Assembly: GCF_009914755.1 (NCBI RefSeq)
Contig: NC_060929.1
DNA length: 64,000 bases
Direction: 5' to 3' (one strand)
From: the human T2T-CHM13v2.0 reference genome, Homo sapiens
The position numbers and the translations under genes are program-made. The notes under the pieces are model-generated. The model made no database searches. It was given only the letters and a program-made list of their open reading frames with translations, and was not told the DNA's origin. Of this stretch, positions 53,834 to 64,000 are shown piece by piece. The number at the start of each line of letters is the position of its first letter. Position 1 is the stretch's first letter.

Positions 53834-54529
53834 TGTTACGGGCGGGGAATCTCCAAGATCCGCGTGGTGAATCCATATGGGTATGCAGCAACCTCAATTT
53901 TGGCCTCCTCAGAAAAAAGAATTCAACTGAGGGGCATAAGGCAGAAAGAGACTGGGCAAGTTTCAGTGAAGGACTGGAAGTTTATTAAAAAGCTTTAGAA
54001 CAGGAAAGAAAGGAAAGCACACTTGGAAGAGATCCAAGCGGGCACTGTGGAGGTCAAATGCTTTGTTTAACCTTGATTCTAGGACTTTATATGCTGGCCC
54101 ACTTCCGGCGTCTTGAGTCCCCCTTCATTCTTCCTTGGGGTGAGCCTCCCACATGCAGGTTGCCCTCTTTGCACTTGGAGGTAAGCATGCCCAGTGTGTT
54201 TAAGAAGTTGTATGCATGTTCACCTGAGGTGTTCTTCCCTCTTCTGGCGGAATGCCCCCGGAAGGCCATACTCCACCACTTCATCTCTTAACACACATGC
54301 TCGTGCCCACTCACCTAATTCCTGAGAGTTTACTGGAAGCTGCCTAATACCAATTTCAAGTGTTTTTAATGTATTGGGAAATTGCTTCTCCCTGGCTCCA
54401 AGTATGACCAATTATCATTTTAGTATGGCAGCTGCCAGACCATCACCTGATGGTCGCCGGACATTCCTGGTGGATGGCGGGGAGTCCTCTAATGCCCCAC
54501 TCATACCTGACTAGCTACTTACTGTAACA
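53834..54529 (-). mobile_element. ERV1 solo LTR, MER50/MER50B-like
   Basis: TG...CA ends, 696 bp. The reverse complement starts TGTTACAGTAAGTAGCTAGTCAGGTATGAG. Perfect TSD CTAC (53830-53833 / 54530-54533). Confidence 0.87.
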
Positions 54530-55519
54530 CTACCAACAATTATGCCCTCTGACACTGGCTGTTTTGGCACACAAACTGAATTTGACGACATTGGATATAA
54601 CTCAACCAAGGAGTAAAAGTATCCTTGTGCTTTACTATGGGCATAAAATCACCATTATTCATTTAAGTTGTCTCTATGATCATGGAAAAGGCCACACTGA
54701 TACCCTATTTCAACTATAACATTATCTGTCATTTTCAATTGTTCCTCATTTATTCCATTAAATTATGAAGGTTCATTCCTAACACAGGAGGAGAAAGGTT
54801 AACAGATGATAAATAGGAAATCTTCTTCCAATTTGTTGAAATATATACAGTACTCAAAAACTAATCCTCATAAGGCATTGGAAAAAGCAGGAGATTTTAT
54901 TCCTGTTTAATTTTATAGCAGGTAAATTGGCTTCAGTTGAAAGTAATAGAAACCATTTCCTGTCTCAGTTAACTGAAACATGGAAGATGTAGTTGCTCAA
55001 TAATGTTAATGAGTTCTGAATTTTGTACTAACTCTCCACTCCTTTCCCCAATATGGATTTTCTTGGTTTCTCAGATTAGTTACCAGCTTCAATCAGAATT
55101 AGAGGCTTTTTTGTCCATAATACTCGGGAACATAAATATGCTCTTTTTCTGCAACTACCACATAAAATGTTGAACTTTCTTTTGGTTAAACCAACCCGGT
55201 TCCCTTGTCAACCTCTAAGTAGTTACTGTGATGACAGGAATGTGATTCTCTGATTTAGTTGGGGGTTTGTGGGTAGTCAGTCTCACCCATAATCCATGAT
55301 TAGAAAATCTCATGTCTGATTAGAGAGAGGTAAACAAATTTCATGAAACAACAATATATTTAAGAGCAAATATTTCTGTGAAGAAAATAAGCCTATTTTT
55401 AAGTGCCTATTTTTTCTCCATAGGGATTTTTTTCAAAGAATAACAAATAAATTGGTATTACATTTTTATTATCTACATATATTCAAATATTATATAAATA
55501 GGATGCATAATTATTCCTT

Positions 55520-57615
55520 TGTATTTATTCAACTATTTATTGAACTAATATTTACTGAAAACATTTAGGCTACAGACATTATTCTAGGCACTGGGAATAC
55601 AGCAGTGCACATTCTTTTGAGTAGAGTAGATTCTCTACTGAAAAGAATCTGTTGTCCAAGAATGGGTGACCCATGAGAAAATAAACATAATGATTTTAGA
55701 AAATCAAAAAAGTACATTAGAAATTAGAGAGACTGGCAAAGGAGTGGTCACAACTTATCTATGAAGATCAGGAAATCCCTCTCTGAGGAGGTAACATGGA
55801 ATCTAAGGATGAAGAAAGAGAAGGAAAAAACATTCTGCTTGCACAGGAAATAGTAAGTGCACAGTTACATAGATGAGAACCAGCTTTATGTATTGAAAAG
55901 ATAGAGAGTCTCAATGTGGGGCATAGGGAATGTGGAAGAGAATGATGGAAGATGGAGTTACAGAAAGAGATCAGAGCCCAAATGTGTAAAGGCTTATAGT
56001 AAGGTGCTTGTTGTATTCTAATTGAGATGAAGAGACATTGCTGATTCTGGCTGCCCATTATCTGACCACGCTTTATATGAGGAGAGGCTTCACCCATCTT
56101 ATGAACCTTGGTAGGAAGAAAAACCTATACACCACATTAAAGAAACTGAAATGTGACCAGCTTCCACTGAAACTATGAAAGAGTCACAGGAAATACAAAA
56201 ACTCCCTTAGATGGTGTCAGTGGTTGCAGGGAGACTGAGTTTCTGAGAAGGAGCAATGTTGGTGGCGGTACCCAGTCCCCTCAGGCAACTGTTTCAGTCA
56301 TTAGCAGCAAGGCCTTGATAATGTCCTCCATGGACCAGTTCTGCAGTGTGACTGTGATGTGGCTGCTCACTGAATAAACCCGGTTCTCCAAAATCTTCCC
56401 AAAATTCCTTGAATTACCAATATATTTATACTAAATTATTTTCCATATATAATATATAACTGCTTACAATAGAGTAGTTATTTATTGTTGCATAACAAAT
56501 TAACTTCAAACTTACCAGCTTAAAACCACAATAAACCTTTATTATCACGTGATATTCTGTTGGTCAGAAATTTGGGAGCAGCTTAACAGAGTGGCTCTGG
56601 CTCAGAGTTTCTCGAGAGGTTGCAGTCGTAATGTCAACCAGAGATTTGCTCACTTGAAAGCTTGACAGAAGCTGGAAGATCTGCTTCCAAGATACCTCAT
56701 TTACATGGCTGTTATCAAGAGGCCTAAGTCCTTTATTGGCTTTGAGCTTGGAAGGAGGCATCAGTTCTTTACCATGTAGACCTCTCCTTGGAGCTGCTTG
56801 AGCTTCCTCATGGCATGGAAGTTGGCTTCTTCCAGAGCAAGTTATCCAAGAAGAGCAAGGTAGAAACTGAAGTCCCTTCTATAATCTAGCCTCCAAAGAC
56901 ATATTTCATCATTGTAACAATATTTTATTGGTTTCATAGGCCAGACTTATTCAATATGGAAGTATACTGCACAAGGGCACAAACACCAAAAAGGTGGGGA
57001 TAAGTGAGGACCATCTTGAAGACTGGCTGCTAGATTTAGTAAGAATTGGTTTTCACTATTTGCAGATAAAAGCCCTGACTAATTTTTAAGTCATTCGATA
57101 TTTTTAAGCCGGAGGGGGGAGGTGATATGTTCTATTTAGTGTTTATCCTGGACTTTGATTATTTAAATTATTATTGGAGAATGAAATGTTGAGACATAGT
57201 CGAATCAAGAGGCTGTTGCCATATTTCAAGTGAGATATGGTGTTGCTATTACAGTAGTAAATGGAGAAATCTGTTCTAATTCAAGTCACAGTTATAGAGA
57301 GCGGCCACAGAATTTACTGATTAGGAGGGGAGTTTGAAGGGAATATATAAAGCAAGGATGCCGCCAAAGATTTAGACTCAGAAACAGGATGTATATCAGA
57401 GCTATCTACAGAGCTAGACACAAGAGAGAGAGGAACAGGTTTGTAGGGGAAAACTAAGAGTTCTGTTTTAAATATAAGCTTGATGCCTTTATTAGGTATT
57501 CAAGTGGAGATATATAGTTTAGACTGTTAAATATATGAGTGTGAAGTTCAGCGCAGGGAATCAATGCTAGAGATAAAAATTAGCTGTCTTTAGGAAACAC
57601 ATGATATTTAAGGCC
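55520..57615 (-). mobile_element. L2 LINE interrupted by MaLR LTRs (~56050-57085)
   Basis: Antisense L2 tail ATTCAACTATTTATTGAAC...ATTCTAGGCACTGGGAATACAGCAGTG. Body motifs CTCTCTGAGGAGGTAACAT and GAGGCTGTTGC...CAAGTGAGAT and TATTCAAGTGGAGAT. Confidence 0.75.
56470..57034 (-). mobile_element. MaLR LTR, MLT1F-like
   Basis: TTGCATAACAAATTA...GCTTAAAAC...GGTCAGAAATTTGGGAGCAGCTTA...GCTGGAAGATCTGCTTCCAAGAT...CCATCTTGAAGACTGGCT. It lies inside an older plus-strand MLT1-like remnant ending GCCCTGACTAAT at ~57083. Confidence 0.85.
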
Positions 57616-57693
57616 ACATTCTCCATTAATTTTATAGAGCCTTAACTATAGAACACAACTTGGAGTACATGAATGAAATTTTATTACTACTGA

Positions 57694-58044
<351 letters not shown>

Positions 58045-59039
58045 AATTCTTTTCTTTAAAGGAGAGAAAATGTGTGTTCTTTAAAAAGAGGAGGATAATG
58101 GAATACCAGTATTCTCAAAACAAACCTCATATTATAAATCAGTTACCCAATGTTCAAAGCTTCAATACTATTAAACCAGACACGGGAATGTTTTAAATTT
58201 CTTTACTTTTGTTACAAGTCAATTCAGCCTGCTTGAAATCTTGAAAGTCATATCGGCAGTGATATTTTGAAGAGAATATTGTTTGGCAGAGAGGAATAAC
58301 ATACTGATATTATTCATTAATTAATAAGGAGCGTCCCTCAATAACTATTTCTATGAATCAGGCCCTAAAAGAACTCTTTCACAGGAATAGGTCTCTCATC
58401 TAAACAGTAACTCTTAATTGTTCTGCTTCCCACTGAAGGAGGGTAAATAGATTCTGGGTTGTGTTGGATAATAAATAATGATTAATGTACATCTAAAACA
58501 TTGTTTGTCCAAGACATTTATTCTGGTTATGTTTATTTATTTAGGAATGCTTATATAAATGGTTATGTGGTACTGCTGAACATCTGTCTCCTGTCTTTCT
58601 GAACAGCATCTTATTTTCTAAAATGCCAGATGTGGCATTACTCTATTGATTCATGAATATGATTCAATAATTTTTCTGCATTGTATTTTAGTCTAACTTG
58701 ATTCCCAGAGTAATTAAGTGGCCCTATCCATATATATCTTTAAACACCCAATTCTTGTCAGATATGTAACAATATTGGCATATTTGATCACCATCACTAT
58801 AACAAGAACTTAAGTAAAAATAATTATTCTATAAAACCAAAACAATCATCATGCTATGCATAATCAGTGACCATTGCCACTTGAGATAAGTAACATTATT
58901 TTTCTAGCTGAAATTTTCATTTCAGTCCTAACAGAGAGAAGATAGTTTGGAGAGCATTTTTCCCAAAAACCTTCCTCTGTTGTTGAAATGGGTATGTTGA
59001 CACATTTTCTACTTAATTCAATATAGATTAGTCAGTGAC

Positions 59040-59710
59040 TTCTCCTCAGCTAAACTTCAAAATGTATAAAACTGAATTTATTATCTTTCCCCAAATCAGC
59101 TTACCCTACAGATTAATCTATTTGTGTCAGTATTATTTTTCAATCACCTAGGCTTGAAATTTGGAATTGTTTTTTACTTCTTCCCCTCTGGCATTTCTAA
59201 CAATCAAAAATCAAGTTTTTATATTAAAAATTATTAAGCATTTACTATATTCTATGTGCTTAGGATGCAAAGATAAATGAGATCACACTTGCACTTCAGG
59301 AACTCACAATATTTGCATTTATCCCTTCTTCTATATTTCTACTGCTGTTAAACCAATCTTCACTAACTTTCTTGTCTCCACTCTTTTTACATCTAATTTA
59401 TCCTAAACATTGCTGCCAGATTAATTTCAGTCCAAAAAATTGCATTCTATACATTATACTCTTTTATTAAAATTTGTAATGATTCTACTTTTTCTGCAGA
59501 ATTTTGTTGTATATCTTTATCAGGCATTCAAGACACTTGACAATATGTTCCTCATCCTACTTTGAAGCTGTCTGTCCACTCCCCCAAACCCTCTGTTCCA
59601 TCTAAACTAGTCTACACACTACTCCTACTCAAGCCATATATATCCCTACTATCAAACCTTAGTTCACACCATTTCTCTTGCCTGAGATGTATACTTCCCC
59701 TGACTAAACA
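59040..59710 (+). mobile_element. Degraded L2, with an opposite-strand L2 tail at ~59200-59312
   Basis: AAAACTGAATTTATTATCTTTCCCC, TGCTGCCAGATTAATTT and CAGGCATTCAAGAC. Confidence 0.6.
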
Positions 59711-60365
59711 TATCTAAGTAGAATAATACAAATTTAAGAATGTACACTATTAAGAGCACTAGCTACTTATCAAATACAATCTATCTATGTATTTTTTAAG
59801 TTTATAGTCAATTTTCCAGTTAGGTTGTACATGCATTGAAGTTCTTGATTTTGAAGTACATACAACCTCATTTAGGAAATAGTATATATATTTAAAAGTT
59901 TAGTAGTTTTTTTTTTTAATAAACAACCTCCCTTCCCTGTGCCTTCTTTGTGGAAGGAGAACTTAAATACTTAGTATAGAACTTCTTTAAAAATTTATGC
60001 TGTACAATATTCTATCATAAATGTCTTACATTTCACATCTTATTTTTCTTTCTGTAAATGAAGTCTTTATAGTTTTTATTGAGTTTGACTTAGAGTTAAT
60101 TATAAAATATTGTTACCATGAATTCCTAGCTGTAATTCAATCATAACACTCAGAATTGTAGAATTTTGGACTTGACAAGACCCCAGTAAATATTGAAATA
60201 AAGGAACTGAGGCCCAGAATGTTGCTGGAAGGCATGTCTTTAAGAATTGGAAGTATCACATTTGAGTCTCATCTTTTATGTACTTGAATATAAGGAACCA
60301 ACCACACTAACATATGTACATTGTAGGGAGTAAAATATTAAGTAATATTGTCACCAGGACAGTCC

Positions 60366-60847
60366 TGATGAAATAACTGGAAAAGTTACATTTTCTTACT
60401 GTTTTTCTTTAGTCCCTTTATCTACAGGCACAACTGCTTAAAGAAACCAGATGGCCCAGGATTCCACCAGATCTTCTTGACCCTTTGGCCAAATAAAAGA
60501 TAAGACCCCTTCATGAAACTATTGCAAACTAGAATGGGTGACCCCTAGTTACCTTTAGGTAATTAACGTATTATTACAATGCTAAAATCCTCTTCCCTAA
60601 AAGAAGGTCATAGCCATTTTGTGTACATGCAGGGAATGAAGCATGTTTGGGGACTCTGCCTGTGTGTTTGGAACTTCACACTGTGCATGCTTACATATAC
60701 CTCCCCAACCACATCTAACTATCTAAAATCTCCCTGCCTCCCATTACTCTGGCAGAAGGTGCCTTCACAGCAGGAGCTCCCCTTCTCCATTCCCTGGGCA
60801 CTGAACTGCCTTTTTCAACTGTATGTTTTTTCTTTGCAGCCAATACA
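60366..60847 (+). mobile_element. ERV1 LTR, MER66-like (termini uncertain)
   Basis: TGACCCCTAGTTACCTTTA...TTACAATGCTAAAATCC...GCCATTTT...CATGCTTACA. Ends GCAGCCAATACA. Confidence 0.5.
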
Positions 60848-61189
60848 AAGTAAAGAAATAAATCAATTTACCAGCAACAATATTATTCTCTCATTTTCCT
60901 CAAAACCTGTCCAAGATGTATCTAACAATATCCCACAAATTCAAATGATATAAGGGCAATGCCTATTTTTCTAAAATTGACATTGGTGATTAGAATTTTC
61001 ATGTAGATCTATTTGGATGGTAAAAGGAATCCTCTGGTCAATTACATTCTCATCTCACTGGTTTTTTTTACCCTGTTATTTTAAAACAAACACTTCAGAA
61101 ATTAATGCTAAAGTTAGTTTTGAATAGATAAGAATTTGTTTCTAAATTTGTTCATACAACTTGAATATTACTGGCTATAATAATGATGC

Positions 61190-61420
61190 CAATAATGATA
61201 ATATTAATTGGCAGAATGGCAACTATATGGCAGATTTTTCTAGAAACTTTACATGAATTGAAACATTAATGTCTCACAAAATTACTCTAAGGTGAATTCT
61301 GTCATCCATTAAATTTTTCCAGTGAGAAATGTAAAGCTCCAAGGTTAATAAACTTTCTCCAGGGTATACATTGCCTTATAACCCTGACTGTCTGCCTGAT
61401 GTTTTGATCCACCATGTGAT
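61190..61420 (-). mobile_element. Degraded MIR
   Basis: CTTTACATGAATT...TTAATGTCTCACAA...AGGTTAA. Confidence 0.45.
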
Positions 61421-62381
61421 CTTCTTCTTTATTGTTCTTTCTGAACTCTACATTCTGTTTCTATGGGTGCCACTGGCTCCTGTCTCTAAAAACGGGGAAC
61501 AAAGGAAAAGAGTTTACATTTTTTAGCCCTCAAATATTAAATGAAAAGTTGCAGATCCCTGGAGCTAATTAGCCTAAAAATTTCTTAATCATAATATGAG
61601 GTTTTAGCAGATATGTATAATTCCTACAATCTGCATTTTGAAGTACCTGTAATCTTAGAATGTAAAATATTTTTTCTTGCATGTCTATTTAATAAATGGT
61701 TCCTTTTCATTTGCCTCCCTCACTTGCAGCTCTTCTGTCACCAGTTACATGGTAATTCCTCAAATTTTACTTTTCTGCTATGTCATGACTCATCAAGTTT
61801 TAAGACAGTCATTCAATCCACCAAATGTTCTTCTCTTTGTGATACTTCATCTGATAAGTAAAAATGGTGTCAAGACAATACAAAAAGTCTCCAATTAGGA
61901 TATCATCTCTGTGTCTTAAATGAAAGGCTTTTCTAGAAGGGACAGTATACAATTCACAGCATGATTGACTAAGCAGCACCTTTTAATTTAAAAAGAAAAG
62001 ATGTAACAAATAGAATTGAAAAATCTAAGTCAGTGTATAGTAGCATTCTGAGAGTTTTCAAGGCAACCTTAATTTTTCAAAGCTTGTCCATTATTTATGT
62101 TTTGAGAAAGTGGGAATTTCGTTAAAAATAATTCAGTTACATGGTATTTCTGAATTTATAGCAATTTGGTGGTGGTTATCAGCCTCTTGTTATGGGGTCT
62201 ATTAGTATGCTAGATGTGGGCTTCCTCCAAGAATGTCTTGAATTATGTTTGTGTATCAACTGACTCCTGTCAATATTTTATACAACATTTAACCTATTCT
62301 ACAGCCCTACAGTACCTAAAGAGGCATGCACAAGGCGCTCAAAGAAGATGTAGCAGTAGATAAGACATTCTTTTTTCTCCA

Positions 62382-62610
62382 TAATAACAATAAAATATTT
62401 TTGAGTACTTACTACATGCAAGGAACTGGCTGAACAATTCTCATTTAAACTTTTATTCAATCCTCCTAGCAGCCTCATAAGGTGAGGGTTATTTTAACCC
62501 CATTTTCATACAGAAATCAGATACAAAGAGGTTAAGTTACCCAACTAGGAAGTATTGGAGCTCATATTCTAATCAAACTGTTATTTAATTCTATAGTCAG
62601 TGCTTTATCA
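62382..62610 (-). mobile_element. MIR SINE
   Basis: TATTTTTGAGTACTTACTACATGCAAGG...CAATCCTCCTAGCAGCCTCATAAGGT...CCCCATTTT...AGAGGTTAAGTTAC. Confidence 0.75.
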
Positions 62611-64000
62611 ACCCAGTTATTAGCCCCTCCATTTTTTCTCACAGCCTAAATAGCTGCAGAAAGTGGACACAACCAATCTGTGGTCAGTCTTGAACTGGGT
62701 CACTATACGGTAAGTGAAGAAGTTTAATAACCGAGCTCCCAGGTCCCACTCTTATTGTGGGAGCCAGAGAACACACTCCTCTGTTCCTTCCTAAAAGCTT
62801 CAAAGAGGAGATGTCCCCCATCTGTAAAGATACTAATTTACATTCTCAGCAACTCTACCCAAAATTAAGAAGCAGTACCCCAATGGGAAACTCTTCCCAA
62901 CCCAATTCTTTCCAAGCCACACTCCCACTATGCTTCTTCCTATGACCTGATAAATCACTTGCTTTGGATCATTTTATCCTTTTAGAGATAATCTAGACAA
63001 TTTATTGTCATCATTCTTAGTATAATCACCAAGAACCTGGTAAAGATATCAAAATATTAGAATCTATAATTATATTAAAGCTATATCTTAAGAAGGGTAC
63101 ATATAATATTATATAAATTGCTAACATGTTAGCCAAACACAAAAACAAAAATAGATGTTTTGTTGTTTTACGTGTGTATGTTTGTGGCTGTGGAAGACAT
63201 TACCAAAGAGCAATCAAACAAATGGTTTATTTCCTATTTTGGAAAACCATATATCTGGTACAAATGAACCTGGATGGCTCTCACTTGACAGTGGTGCCAA
63301 AATGGAAAGCAAATACAAGAGAGCCTAGTTAAAAATTTTGAGCCAAGAGATTATATTCAATTTCTTTCTTTCATGGGGCATTTTAGCTTTTTATTACATA
63401 AAACTATGTGTTAATGTTTATAATGCAAAATAATTGCTTGGCACAATTCACAAATTACATTCACTATTTTCTATATCAAATAGAAATTTATTTTTAAATA
63501 AACTCAAATTGTACAAATTATAATTGGTTGTCTGAAATTGGCTGGTGGTCTCTCTGTCCCCCTGCACACAGCCCAGTGCCACTGATGCCCCATAAAAATA
63601 TCATCTGCCTCTTGTCTTACAGCTCAAGGGATTTTCTAGAGCTGCCTGCCACCATTATTTACTCTCACTCTGGTCTGGTTTCCATAGTTCCCAACTGTTG
63701 GAGCCTATGCAGAATCTGTCACTCTTTCCACTAATAGCCTGGTTGAGCTTTCTGTGGGCTTTGGTTTCCAGCTTTCACTGGCACACCTTCAGGTCTGCTT
63801 TGCTTCACACTCTGCCCCTAGCAGACAAGTCCCTCCTGCCCACAAGGTTCCCTGGTCTGCAGTCTCAAACCTGATTCACTGTTCCAGGGGATGGGAAGGA
63901 ATCTGACAGTGCTGCCCAATGCTAGTGCAATAAAAGTTGCAACTCCCCAACTCCCTTCAGACATTTTAAAGAAAATAACAGAAATAAGTAAGAATTCAAT

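Overview
This is an AT-rich, CpG-poor stretch of primate (human or ape-like) genomic DNA, either intergenic or deep intronic. I can recognise no protein-coding exon, RNA gene or CRISPR array. Roughly half of the window is recognisable transposable-element fossils. These include nine Alus (two truncated), a 5'-truncated L1PB (+), and a TSD-bounded L1PA7/8-type element (-) with both ends and an internal endonuclease deletion. There are also about a dozen ERV solo LTRs or LTR fragments (LTR9B, MER67, MER57, MER61, MER77, MER34-group, MER41, MER50 x2, MER4-group, MER66-like), MaLR LTRs, L2, MIR and old L1M remnants, and DNA transposons (MER58C, MADE1 half, Tigger3a, MER82/Tigger). A ~600-bp polypurine minisatellite has grown from one Alu tail. 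Subfamily names come from my recall of consensus sequences and need RepeatMasker/Dfam confirmation. The best candidates for a second look are: (1) an intact 131-codon L1 ORF0-homologous antisense ORF with a strong Kozak ATG, downstream splice donors and LTR poly(A) signals; (2) a CCAAT-palindrome/CRE/TATA promoter-like cassette just upstream of the L1PB ORF2 ATG; (3) the purine VNTR; (4) a 38-bp dispersed direct repeat; (5) a MER82-type element that retains extra transposase coding sequence. None of these is demonstrated to be a new biological system.
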